A stretch of 64,000 nucleotides of DNA from a virus. The notes under the pieces were generated by a model that saw only the letters and a program-made list of their open reading frames with translations, was not told the origin of the DNA and ran no database searches. Numbering within the stretch: the first letter of the stretch is position 1; every line of letters starts with the position of its first letter. Positions 1 to 9,227 of this stretch are shown one piece after another. Location: positions 1-64,000 of IMG/VR virus record IMGVR_UViG_3300014050_000006. The stretch is one strand, 5' to 3'. Both the position numbers and the translations under genes were made by a program.

Positions 1-1671
1 CAAGTTACTTTAAGTAGCAGTACTGTATACGCAAATAATGTTCAAGTAAATTCTTCTGGTTATACTTTTTGGAATAGTGGCACTACATCTTCACAAAATA
101 GGTATATTAGAAGTACGAATGGCATAACACTTGGAGCTGGAGTAAATTTAAATTGGGGATCATCTGGTGCAGTTTTGGGAATAACTGGTCCTATAAATGG
201 TGGGACAGGTTCACTATTAACTATTGTGGGTAGTACGGATGCTTCTACTGGTGTTAACTCAAGGATAGGTTTAGCTTCTAATGCTATTGCAACAGTAATC
301 AATGTGCCTATGACTGTAGCTACTACTGGCACTGGGTATGCTGTCGTATCAGTAACGGATTCTTCTACTACAAATAGAATTAACGGAAATATTACCATTA
401 ATAACGGATCAAGACTTATTCTTGGCACAGGATCATCTACTAGCAGAGCATTAATTGTGTCTGGTGATATTGCATCATCTGCAGATGGTGCATTATCTAT
501 TAATGAAAGTGGTAATACTGGTCTTGTAGAACTAAGAGGAAGCAATACTATAACTGGAGATATTAATGTATATGGTCAATTAGGATATGCTAATAAAAAT
601 GCATTTGGTACAGCAAGATTAGTTCTTAACCAAGGCGCAACTTTAGGCCAAAGTCAAACTATTGGTGATAATAGTGACGCAGCAAGAATGATTAATAATA
701 ATATTCTATTAAATGGAGATGTTACTATTGGTGGATTAAGTTGGGCAAATATTCTTGGTGGTAATATAGATTTAAATAATGCTACTAGATCTATCAAAGT
801 AGATAACTCTACTACTATTTATGGAGGATTTGTTAATAGCAGCACAGGCTTAATATTTACAAATAGTTCAAGCTCTGTAGGAGGCAGAACAATGGCATTT
901 AATGGCGCTAGTACATATTCTGGTAATACATATTTTAATTCTAGTGGCACAGGTTGGAATATTAGTGTTAATAATACTAATGGATCTGCTTTTGGAACAG
1001 GAAATGTTTATGTATATAAAGGAACTTCTCTAAGTGCAAATAATACAGGCACAACATTAAATGGAAATGGAATTATCGCTGGAACAATTGGTGGAGATGC
1101 TATTGTAAGTCCAGGAAATAGTCCAGGATTATTGACTGTAGGAGCAGTAGATCCAAGTGGAGGAATGAGCTTTGCATTTGAAATTACTAGTAATTTATTA
1201 CATAATGGTACATCATATAATAATGATGTATTGAAAATAACAAATAGTCAACCATTTACTGTAGCACTAACATCTGCAAATGTTGTTAATCTATATCTAA
1301 ATTCAACAGCATATAATTTAATGTATAATAATTTACTTAATAGTTTGAGTTCATCATTTCAAACTGGATTTTTTAATACTAATGATTTTAACACTGATAT
1401 AACAAATGCAACTTATAATATGTATTTTCAAAGTGGCTTTGGAACATTAACATTCAATGGTTTAACATATGAAACATATAATGAATTTTTGACAAGAACA
1501 GGTTCTCAAGATGTTTCTTATTCTGTAAATACAAGTCAAGCTACATTAGCTGACTCTAATCTTGGATATATTTCAACTGTTAATATAATACCAGAACCTT
1601 CTCCGTTTGGTCTTTTAGTATTTGGTTCCGCAACTTTATTGGTAGCTAGGAGATTGAGAAGAAATGGATAA
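1..1671 (+). CDS. PEP-CTERM surface protein with autotransporter-passenger-like beta-strand repeats (5'-truncated)
   Basis: Frame 1 is open from base 1. G/N/T/S-rich beta repeats (LELRGSNTITG-like, FNGASTYSGNT) and VSPGNSPGLLTV. C-terminus IPEPS + hydrophobic helix + RRLRR is the PEP-CTERM signature. Confidence 0.85.
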   Translation, partial: QVTLSSSTVYANNVQVNSSGYTFWNSGTTSSQNRYIRSTNGITLGAGVNLNWGSSGAVLGITGPINGGTGSLLTIVGSTDASTGVNSRIGLASNAIATVINVPMTVATTGTGYAVVSVTDSSTTNRINGNITINNGSRLILGTGSSTSRALIVSGDIASSADGALSINESGNTGLVELRGSNTITGDINVYGQLGYANKNAFGTARLVLNQGATLGQSQTIGDNSDAARMINNNILLNGDVTIGGLSWANILGGNIDLNNATRSIKVDNSTTIYGGFVNSSTGLIFTNSSSSVGGRTMAFNGASTYSGNTYFNSSGTGWNISVNNTNGSAFGTGNVYVYKGTSLSANNTGTTLNGNGIIAGTIGGDAIVSPGNSPGLLTVGAVDPSGGMSFAFEITSNLLHNGTSYNNDVLKITNSQPFTVALTSANVVNLYLNSTAYNLMYNNLLNSLSSSFQTGFFNTNDFNTDITNATYNMYFQSGFGTLTFNGLTYETYNEFLTRTGSQDVSYSVNTSQATLADSNLGYISTVNIIPEPSPFGLLVFGSATLLVARRLRRNG

Positions 1672-1903
1672 TAGATTGAAAACTTTATTAAAAGAAAATT
1701 ATTATACTCCAACTTCAGAACAAACAGAAAAATTTATAAATAATTTTCATCAATATAGAGCTAAAAAGAAAGCAGAAGAAAAAACATATTATTCTTTAGG
1801 ATTAGTAATTTTATTGATTGTTACTTTATTAGGATCAATTGCTATAAAAGAAACAACAAATAAATTAGACATACAAACAGCTGCAGGAGAAATTTCAAAA
1901 TGA
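1664..1903 (+). CDS. small single-pass membrane protein
   Basis: 79 aa; TM segment LGLVILLIVTLLGSIAI; overlaps both neighbours. Confidence 0.6.
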   Translation: MDNRLKTLLKENYYTPTSEQTEKFINNFHQYRAKKKAEEKTYYSLGLVILLIVTLLGSIAIKETTNKLDIQTAAGEISK

Positions 1904-2226
1904 AAAAGATATTATTAATTATATTAGCAGCAATAGCTTTAACTACTTATTGTTATACAGAAAATCAAATTAAAATAACTATAAAAAGAAATAATAAAGG
2001 TGAAATTTTATTAAATGTGACTGGACATTCTACTCCAATAATTATTGAAATGAATAATAAAACTACAACATTTGATGTAAATGACAAAGAAATTAATCTT
2101 GATGCAGTTTTAGATGCAGAGATAGAACCAGTAGATACAGCAAGCGGTACAGAACGATCTAATATAGACAATCAAATTCCTCCAGTTATGAGTAATTTTA
2201 ATCCACCATTAGCTACTCCATATTAG
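1900..2226 (+). CDS. secreted hypothetical protein
   Basis: Signal-peptide-like N-terminus MKKILLIILAAIALT; ATGA overlap with the previous gene. Confidence 0.65.
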   Translation: MKKILLIILAAIALTTYCYTENQIKITIKRNNKGEILLNVTGHSTPIIIEMNNKTTTFDVNDKEINLDAVLDAEIEPVDTASGTERSNIDNQIPPVMSNFNPPLATPY

Positions 2227-2231
2227 TGTAA
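2226..2231 (+). promoter_or_regulatory. GTGTAA motif (putative phage late promoter element)
   Basis: 10 nt upstream of ATG 2242; recurs at 8 gene junctions in the sense orientation. Confidence 0.6.
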
Positions 2232-2241
2232 AGACTATGTT

Positions 2242-2508
2242 ATGTTTAATAAAATATTTAAATGGTGGAATGATTTAGAATTATATAATAAAGTATTTTT
2301 TATATTATTTACTCCAGCTATGCTATTTACTCTTTGGGGTATGAGCGATCTTTATATTAATTATTTTGATGAATTAACAAAACAAGATCATCTTCAATTC
2401 TTTCTTAGAATATTTTTCCCTATATCATTAGCTACTTTTATAACAGTATTAGAACGTAATAAGAGACAAAAACTAATTAAAGACATTAAAAATTATCTTA
2501 ATGAATAG
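2242..2508 (+). CDS. small two-TM membrane protein
   Basis: 88 aa; two hydrophobic segments and a basic C-terminus. Confidence 0.6.
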   Translation: MFNKIFKWWNDLELYNKVFFILFTPAMLFTLWGMSDLYINYFDELTKQDHLQFFLRIFFPISLATFITVLERNKRQKLIKDIKNYLNE

Positions 2509-2513
2509 TGTAA
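2508..2513 (+). promoter_or_regulatory. GTGTAA motif
   Basis: 10 nt upstream of ATG 2524. Confidence 0.6.
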
Positions 2514-2523
2514 TTTTAATAAT

Positions 2524-3228
2524 ATGAGTTTAATTGTTAAAAATTTAACTTCATTAACAGTAAAAAAAAATAACTCCTTGATAGTTAAAAATATAATTCC
2601 ATCTTTAGGCCTATCTCTTTGGTTAAAAGCTGATGCTGGCGTTTCCTCAATGAGTTCAGTTGTTACGGCTTGGGCAGATCAAAGTAATAATGGAAATAAT
2701 GCTATCGGATCTGCGATTTACAATTCATCTTCAATAAATTCACTTCCAGCTATTACATTTGATGGAAATTCTTATTTACAAATAAATCAATTTCTAAATC
2801 TTTGTCTTAATTCATCTATATTTATAGTTTTAAAACCATCAAACGGTGGAAATGGAACAATACTTAGTCAAGGAACTTCTAAAATTGGATTATTTTTTGA
2901 TGGATCAAATACTCCACAAATTGCATGTCCAAATATTGCATCAATTGTAATATCGGATAGTCAAATTCTAAATAATACAACAGCTATTATTTCAGCATTA
3001 AATGATAATCATGATTTTGGAATGTGGATTAATGGATTATCGGTTGGATCAGATACTTTTAACATTGAAGGGGTAGGATCATTTTTAAATATTGGATGTA
3101 ATACTAGTACTTCTGATTATAATCTTTATGGAGATATTGCAGAGATAATAATATATAATAGAGGACTAACAATACTAGAACGTCAAAAAGTAGAAACTTA
3201 TTTAAATAATAAATATCAAATATATTGA
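2524..3228 (+). CDS. LamG/concanavalin-like jelly-roll protein (probable virion component)
   Basis: LSLWLKADAGV...WADQS.NGN...GDIAEIIIYNR.L...VETYL..KY pattern typical of phage LamG-like domains. Confidence 0.75.
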   Translation: MSLIVKNLTSLTVKKNNSLIVKNIIPSLGLSLWLKADAGVSSMSSVVTAWADQSNNGNNAIGSAIYNSSSINSLPAITFDGNSYLQINQFLNLCLNSSIFIVLKPSNGGNGTILSQGTSKIGLFFDGSNTPQIACPNIASIVISDSQILNNTTAIISALNDNHDFGMWINGLSVGSDTFNIEGVGSFLNIGCNTSTSDYNLYGDIAEIIIYNRGLTILERQKVETYLNNKYQIY

Positions 3229-3229
3229 T

Positions 3230-3304
3230 CTATTTAATTCTTTCAATTAAATAAAATACATAAATAAAAACAGCAACACAGATTAATATACTAGATATAG
3301 TCAT
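3230..3304 (-). CDS. 24-aa hydrophobic peptide (not in ORF track)
   Basis: MTISSILICVAVFIYVFYLIERIK*; fills the intergenic gap; TATAAT 8 nt upstream (3313-3318, - strand). Confidence 0.4.
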   Translation of the reverse strand: MTISSILICVAVFIYVFYLIERIK

Positions 3305-3352
3305 ATTTATATATTATATTAGAAAAGTGATTTTTCTACTATATAATATTAT

Positions 3353-4243
3353 ATGAATTTAAATCTTCTCAAGTCACATCCATATATTTCACCAGATATT
3401 AAAATAGAAAAATTTAATGATCCATATCCTTATATTATAATTGATAATTTATTCAAACCAGAAATCTATAAAAAAATGTGTGATAAGTTTCATACTTATA
3501 TTTCTAGAGTTCAGAAATCTTTTGGAGAAGTAGGTGACACAGGATTAAATTATGACGCTTTGATATATGCCATAAAAGAAGAAGACTGTACAGATGGATA
3601 TGATTTTTTCAAATTTAAACTTTGGCAAATTTTTATATCTAATATTTTTGATATTGAATTTAATCAACATATGGCATATAGTTTACATTTTCATAAAGGC
3701 TCGCAACAAAAACCATCTAGAAATGGTTGGCCTCATGCAGATTTAAGCATATGTTCTGCTATAGAAAATTCAGAAAAATCAATAAATCTTGGTGGAGGTT
3801 GTATTTATCCTGACGATACTCATAGTTTACAACCACATACAAAAAAAATAATGAGAAGCGTTGCTATGCTTTATTATTTTAATAATAAAAATACCTTACA
3901 AGAAGGTGATGGTGGTGGAACTGGAGTATTTAGAACATATGATATGAATTCCTTAGTTAAAGAAGTTAAACCAATTAATAATAGATTATTTGCATTTGAA
4001 ATTAGCCCAAAATCTTATCATGGATTTATTGGAGCTAAATTTGATAGATCAGCTATGGTATCTTGGTTTCATAGTAGTCCTAGTTACATGGTAAAAAGAA
4101 ATCTAGATTTATATAAAGAAAGATTTAGGCAAAATGGCGAAGTTTTTGAATATTGGAAAAAAGATAACAGATGGACACTTGATATGGACCCAGATTATAA
4201 TAAATTTTTTGATAAACCTTATAATGAATTATTTAAAAGATGA
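3353..4243 (+). CDS. 2OG-Fe(II) oxygenase (prolyl-hydroxylase-like)
   Basis: DPYPYIIIDN, HxD (PHAD), distal His (SYHG), R-x-S-like DRSA. Confidence 0.8.
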   Translation: MNLNLLKSHPYISPDIKIEKFNDPYPYIIIDNLFKPEIYKKMCDKFHTYISRVQKSFGEVGDTGLNYDALIYAIKEEDCTDGYDFFKFKLWQIFISNIFDIEFNQHMAYSLHFHKGSQQKPSRNGWPHADLSICSAIENSEKSINLGGGCIYPDDTHSLQPHTKKIMRSVAMLYYFNNKNTLQEGDGGGTGVFRTYDMNSLVKEVKPINNRLFAFEISPKSYHGFIGAKFDRSAMVSWFHSSPSYMVKRNLDLYKERFRQNGEVFEYWKKDNRWTLDMDPDYNKFFDKPYNELFKR

Positions 4244-4929
4244 AAAAAGATGTTATTATTGTAGAAAACTTTTATCAAGACCCACATAAAGTAAGAACTT
4301 ATGCTCTTAATGAATTAAAAAATAACAATTATCTTCCATATGGTTCATCAACTTGGTATGCGTCTAAATTCAAAGAATGGAATGAATGTCCATTTAAATC
4401 TTCTGATTCTTTGATAGATTCTTTAAATCGAATAACTTCAGAAGAAGTTGATTTAGATTTTTGGAGAAAAAGTTATCCTCCTCATGGAAGTCCAGAAGAT
4501 TCGATAAAAGAAAATAAAAGCTGTAAATGGAATTGTACTTTTCATATTAAACCATTAACTGGACAAAAATTAGGACAAGGAGTTCATAATCATGTTACTG
4601 ATTGTTGGAATTCAGTTGACGAAAATGGTTGGGTAGGATTAATATATTTAAATCCAGAAGCCCCAATTGATACAGGATTATTTCTTTGGGAAAATAAAGA
4701 TAAACAAAAAAATTATGATTGGATGACCCCAGAAGAAAATTGGAAATTAATAGATTCATTAGGAGCAGTTTTCAATAGATTAATACTATGCAGAGGCAGC
4801 AAACCTCATAGTGGAGCAGATGGATTTTCTGATATTTTTGAAAAAGGAAGATTGTATCAAACATTTTTCTTTAAAACAAAACCTTTGTCATCTAAAATTT
4901 TTCCATCTGTATCTATAAATATAAAATGA
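4240..4929 (+). CDS. 2OG-Fe(II) oxygenase-like protein (DUF6445 type)
   Basis: IIVENFYQDP, HVTD, WVGLIYLNP, FNRLIL..G..PHS, RLYQTFFF. Confidence 0.75.
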   Translation: MKKDVIIVENFYQDPHKVRTYALNELKNNNYLPYGSSTWYASKFKEWNECPFKSSDSLIDSLNRITSEEVDLDFWRKSYPPHGSPEDSIKENKSCKWNCTFHIKPLTGQKLGQGVHNHVTDCWNSVDENGWVGLIYLNPEAPIDTGLFLWENKDKQKNYDWMTPEENWKLIDSLGAVFNRLILCRGSKPHSGADGFSDIFEKGRLYQTFFFKTKPLSSKIFPSVSINIK

Positions 4930-5681
4930 AAGTTTATGGAATTCCAATTGGCGCTCATTTAGGCGACATATGGATAATTACAAGTGGAGCAATTTTATTA
5001 AGCTTACAAAATAAAAGTAAAATTTATATATCAAAATATGCTTATAATCTTGAAACATTTGAAAATACAAATCAAATAAACTATGAAAATAAAATTAAAG
5101 AATGCTTAAATCTTTTAAATACTTATGGCGCAGAAATTGAAATAGTTAATGAATTTCAAAATCAGCATAATACATCAACTAGATCTTTTATTATTCCAGA
5201 AAGCGCTGGATATTGTAAAAATCCACCAGTTCAAACTATTTTAAGACCAAATATAAATAATCAAAATAAAATAAGCATTCAAATAGAATCTAAATTTTAT
5301 AATAAAAATAAAAACATATATGAAGGAATAAAAGACAATTGGACTGATGAATGTAGAAATATCCATGTAGACTTTAAAAATGATATATATAGAAAGATGT
5401 TATGCTTGAAAAATTATAAAGCTACTATAGTAGGAGAACATGAAGGAGAAATTGTTAATTCAATTAAAACTTTATGCGAATCTAAAATCTTTATAGGCAT
5501 TAGTAGTGGTATGGCTCATATCGCTACAAGCGTTGGAATTCCAGTATATATTTATAATCCTAATTGCAAGCAAAAAACTTTAAATTTATCAATGATAAAT
5601 TGGCATCAAAATAAAAACATAAATACATTTGAAACATTTGATGATATTTTAAATATATTAAATGAACATAAAATTAATTGA
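4926..5681 (+). CDS. glycosyltransferase family 9-like protein
   Basis: HLGD near the N-terminus and FIGISSGMAHIATSVGIP. Confidence 0.7.
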   Translation: MKVYGIPIGAHLGDIWIITSGAILLSLQNKSKIYISKYAYNLETFENTNQINYENKIKECLNLLNTYGAEIEIVNEFQNQHNTSTRSFIIPESAGYCKNPPVQTILRPNINNQNKISIQIESKFYNKNKNIYEGIKDNWTDECRNIHVDFKNDIYRKMLCLKNYKATIVGEHEGEIVNSIKTLCESKIFIGISSGMAHIATSVGIPVYIYNPNCKQKTLNLSMINWHQNKNINTFETFDDILNILNEHKIN

Positions 5682-5690
5682 TATAATCTA

Positions 5691-6281
5691 ATGATGAGTA
5701 TTTATAAAGATTTACCATTTTTTGAAAAAGATTTAAGTGGATGGGGTGGCGATCATCCAATTTTTGAGAAACTTATTTTAAATTTAAAAACTCAACCCAA
5801 AGTTATTATAGAGGTAGGAACTTGGAAAGGTCAATCAGCAATTAATATGGCAAATATTTTAAAAAGAAATAACATAAAATGTAAAATATATTGTGTTGAT
5901 ACTTTTTTAGGCACTTGGGATTTAGAAGAAAAAGAATTAAAAAATGGTTATCCTCAAATTTATTATAAATTTCTTAATAATATTGTTCATGAAAAATGTG
6001 AAGATTATATAATTCCATGTCCAAATACTTCTTTATTTTATTATAAAAAATTTAAAGATATGAATCTTAAAGCAGATCTAATATACATAGATGGATCTCA
6101 TATGTACGAGGATGCATACGCTGATATTAGTAATTATTCAAATTTATTAAATTCAAATGGTATTATTTTTGGAGATGATTTTACTTGGGCGCCAGAGGTA
6201 GGAAAAGCTGTAAATAAATATTGTTCAGAAAATAACAAAAAATTCCAAGTAACTGAAAATAGATACTGGCAAATTTTATAA
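5691..6281 (+). CDS. class I SAM-dependent methyltransferase (Methyltransf_24-like)
   Basis: IEVGTWKGQS, CVDTF, DLIYIDGSH, GDD. Confidence 0.85.
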   Translation: MMSIYKDLPFFEKDLSGWGGDHPIFEKLILNLKTQPKVIIEVGTWKGQSAINMANILKRNNIKCKIYCVDTFLGTWDLEEKELKNGYPQIYYKFLNNIVHEKCEDYIIPCPNTSLFYYKKFKDMNLKADLIYIDGSHMYEDAYADISNYSNLLNSNGIIFGDDFTWAPEVGKAVNKYCSENNKKFQVTENRYWQIL

Positions 6282-6857
6282 ATGAATATCTTAATATTAG
6301 GTGGCAGTAAATTCGTAGGTAAAAATTTTATAAACTATGCAAATATTAATAGTAAATTTAATTTAACTTTAGCGAATAGAGGAATTACAAAAACTCCAAA
6401 TGTCATTATAGATAGAGATAATGCAAAAGATTGCGTTAATTTAAAAAACAAAGAATATGATATTGTTATAGATTTTTCTTGTTATAATTTAAATCAATTT
6501 AAAAATACTTATCAATACTTAAAGTTTAATAAGTATATATTTATATCAACTAGCGCAGTCGAGGCTATTCCATTTCAAAATGTAGAACCAGATATGTACG
6601 AAATGGTTAGATATGCCCATAATAAAAAAGAATGCGAAGACTTTATAATAAATAATATCAAAAATTATTCAATAATCAGACCTTGTTATATAGTTGGAAA
6701 AGATGATTATACTAATAGGTTCTATAAAAAAGATAATAAGTATTATTGGAATAATGGTTTAGAATTGACTTATTATATAGAAGTAGATATCTTATCTAAA
6801 TTAATATTTAATGAGATTAATAATTGCGTCAATAATATAGTAAATCCATGCAAATAA
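6282..6857 (+). CDS. NAD-dependent epimerase/dehydratase-like protein (short)
   Basis: ILILGGSKFVG Rossmann motif; YxxxK (YAHNK); IIRP. Confidence 0.75.
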   Translation: MNILILGGSKFVGKNFINYANINSKFNLTLANRGITKTPNVIIDRDNAKDCVNLKNKEYDIVIDFSCYNLNQFKNTYQYLKFNKYIFISTSAVEAIPFQNVEPDMYEMVRYAHNKKECEDFIINNIKNYSIIRPCYIVGKDDYTNRFYKKDNKYYWNNGLELTYYIEVDILSKLIFNEINNCVNNIVNPCK

Positions 6858-6858
6858 T

Positions 6859-6864
6859 GTGTAA
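6859..6864 (+). promoter_or_regulatory. GTGTAA motif
   Basis: 8 nt upstream of ATG 6873. Confidence 0.6.
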
Positions 6865-6872
6865 TAGTTGAT

Positions 6873-7628
6873 ATGCCAATACCTCAACCAAAAAAGAACG
6901 AGTCACAAAACGATTATATGGGTCGTTGCATGCATAAAATTGGAAAAGAAGATCGTCCTCAAAACCAAAAGGTCGCTATTTGTTTAAATACCTTTCGTAA
7001 TCCAAAAGAAAAGGCAAAAGCTGAAATTGAAATAGATTTTACTGAAGATATCAAAAAAATGAATAAACCACAAGAAATAAAAGTAGAAGAAGCCCCAAAA
7101 ATTGAAGCTAAAATTGAAGAGGCAACCAATACCGCAGTAACTGCCCCAGCTTCAGAAGTTAAAATTGAAGAAAATACAGCATCTTGTGGCAAACCAAATT
7201 GTGGCTCAGTACAACAAGTAGAAGAAGTCAAAACTGAAGTTAAAGCCGAAGTAGATGGTAAAGGCGAAGTAATTCAAACCATGATGCTTCAAATGCAAAA
7301 CCAATATAAAATTTTTCATTGGCAAACAACTTCATTTTCTCAACATAAAAGCTTTGATGAAATAGTAGGAAGTTTAATCGGAAATATTGATGAATTTATT
7401 GAAACTTATATGGGTAAATATGGTAGAGTAATTTCTGCAAGTACATTCAATTTATCTCTTGCAAATTATTCTAGTTCAGATTTTATTGCGGTTACAGATG
7501 GTTATATTAACTTTTTAATTAGTTTAAGTAACCAATTAGATTCTATTAAAGATACTGATCTATTAAATATCAGAGATGAAATTCTTGGCTCTTTAAATCA
7601 ATTAAAATATTTGTTAACATTGGTATAA
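6873..7628 (+). CDS. Dps/ferritin-like (DUF5856-type) protein with N-terminal phage module
   Basis: C-terminal FHWQT...HKSFDE...DEFIETYMGKYG...DLLNIRDE....NQLKYLLTL; N-terminal MPIPQPKKNE...FM-type module with two Cys; E/K/A-rich linker. Confidence 0.75.
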   Translation: MPIPQPKKNESQNDYMGRCMHKIGKEDRPQNQKVAICLNTFRNPKEKAKAEIEIDFTEDIKKMNKPQEIKVEEAPKIEAKIEEATNTAVTAPASEVKIEENTASCGKPNCGSVQQVEEVKTEVKAEVDGKGEVIQTMMLQMQNQYKIFHWQTTSFSQHKSFDEIVGSLIGNIDEFIETYMGKYGRVISASTFNLSLANYSSSDFIAVTDGYINFLISLSNQLDSIKDTDLLNIRDEILGSLNQLKYLLTLV

Positions 7629-7631
7629 AAT

Positions 7632-7931
7632 ATGAGCAAACAAAATATTTGGGAATTAGACATCACAGAAACAGAAGCTTATCAAAAAAGTTATAAAGGT
7701 AAAAAAAGAAGCGAACTCAAAGACAGTGATTTTTTATTTCCAGAAGATCGTTCTTTTCCAATCGTAAGTCCACAAGATGTTCGTGATGCAATAAATAATT
7801 TTGGTCGCATGAAAAAAGGTATGAGCTATGATGCTTTTATTAAAAAGTTATATCGTAAAGCTAAAAGCAAAGGTCCAGAATTTGTATCAGCCATTCCTGA
7901 GTCAACTAAAAAAGAACACAAATTAAGTTAA
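7632..7931 (+). CDS. small phage protein (DUF6582-like)
   Basis: KRSELKDSDFLFPEDRSFPI...DVRDAI..F pattern. Confidence 0.55.
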   Translation: MSKQNIWELDITETEAYQKSYKGKKRSELKDSDFLFPEDRSFPIVSPQDVRDAINNFGRMKKGMSYDAFIKKLYRKAKSKGPEFVSAIPESTKKEHKLS

Positions 7932-7935
7932 TTAT

Positions 7936-7964
7936 TTGACTTTACTTAATATTTAAGATAAAAT
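7936..7964 (+). promoter_or_regulatory. sigma70-type promoter
   Basis: TTGACT-17-TAAAAT, 8 nt before TTG start 7973. Confidence 0.7.
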
Positions 7965-7972
7965 TTATTATC

Positions 7973-8896
7973 TTGAATAATATTAAAGATTATATTGTAT
8001 CTTATTATAGGAATTTAGAATCTACTAAGTTAAATTCTATTGAAATAGAATATCAAAAAAGCATAAGAAATGCTTTTACAAATAATCCTGGAATTGGTGA
8101 TACAACAATTATTAATCAATTATTATTCGTTAATGAAAACCAACGTAGCGATATTAACATACTAAGCTACTCAAGACATTTTAATGATATATTAAAATTT
8201 AATAAATTTGCAAATACTAATCATATAAATGGAGAAGACTTTATTAGAACAGAATTATTAGAAATGTATAATTTAGGTTCTGGACATATAATCCAAAAAA
8301 TGCGTAGATTTTTTAATCTGCCAGTTTTAAATAAACCAAAATCATTTCTTAATACTGGTAAACAAAAAGTAAAAAATAAAATAGGTATTCATTTAACAAC
8401 TGGACAAAGTGCATTTGAATTATCTAATTTAAATTTTAGACCAAGGCAAATTTATCAAGAGAATTTAGAAATATTAAAGAAATTTATCAAAGAAAACAAT
8501 CAATATACATTTGTTGAATTTGGTGGTCAATCACTAAATATAGAAAATTGTGTTAATTTCTGTGGTAAAAGTCTAGTTGATTCTATTGAAGAATTGTCTA
8601 CTTGTGAATATCTTATTGGGTTAAATAGTGGATTCATGAATCTAGCAGCTTGTTTTGATATTAAGTCTATAATAATAGTAAATATTCCAATAAAAGCCTC
8701 AGATCTTGTTTTACCAGTTTTAAAGGATGTCAAGATACCAGATATGAATTGGCTATACCCACAGAATGTTCACCTACATCAAGATAATGAATCTTTAACA
8801 GTTCCAAGATTTTCTTATGAAAATATACGAAAAGCTATAGAAGGAAATATTTATCCATTTTGGAAAGATGAATATTTAGATTTGATCTATGATTAA
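7973..8896 (+). CDS. glycosyltransferase family 9-like protein
   Basis: GIGD motif; YLIGLNSGFMNLAA. Confidence 0.65.
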   Translation: MNNIKDYIVSYYRNLESTKLNSIEIEYQKSIRNAFTNNPGIGDTTIINQLLFVNENQRSDINILSYSRHFNDILKFNKFANTNHINGEDFIRTELLEMYNLGSGHIIQKMRRFFNLPVLNKPKSFLNTGKQKVKNKIGIHLTTGQSAFELSNLNFRPRQIYQENLEILKKFIKENNQYTFVEFGGQSLNIENCVNFCGKSLVDSIEELSTCEYLIGLNSGFMNLAACFDIKSIIIVNIPIKASDLVLPVLKDVKIPDMNWLYPQNVHLHQDNESLTVPRFSYENIRKAIEGNIYPFWKDEYLDLIYD

Positions 8897-9227
8897 CCTA
8901 TTAGTTGATGAAGCTTATGCTTTTGATTACTTAAGCATACTTCATATTAAAAAAAATATTAATCCAGAATCTCAATCAAATTGGGAAAATTGTTTCTCAT
9001 ATATACAAAATCAACTTGGCGAGGATAAAATGGCAGAAATTATTCATTCGAAAGAATATCAGCACATGATCCAAGCGAATCAAATTACTTTCGATGCTGT
9101 AGAAAAAGCAAGATATGGTTCAATTACAGCCAAAGAAGTTGATGATGCTAATATGTTAAGATACAATAAAAAGTGTGAATTACAAAAAAAATTTTTTAAT
9201 AGTAAAATAAAGGAATTTAAATCATGA
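8889..9227 (+). CDS. hypothetical helical protein (DUF6165-like, glycan-cluster associated)
   Basis: DYLSILHIK...N..RY..K....F.S.IKE.K pattern. Confidence 0.45.
   Translation: MINLLVDEAYAFDYLSILHIKKNINPESQSNWENCFSYIQNQLGEDKMAEIIHSKEYQHMIQANQITFDAVEKARYGSITAKEVDDANMLRYNKKCELQKKFFNSKIKEFKS

Noticed and set aside
60-545. 161-aa minus-strand ORF and other short antisense ORFs in the track (e.g. 6959, 8527, 9581, 14645, 16605, 30565, 51410, 63229)
   Set aside because: Shadows of well-supported genes on the opposite strand; no motifs or expression signals
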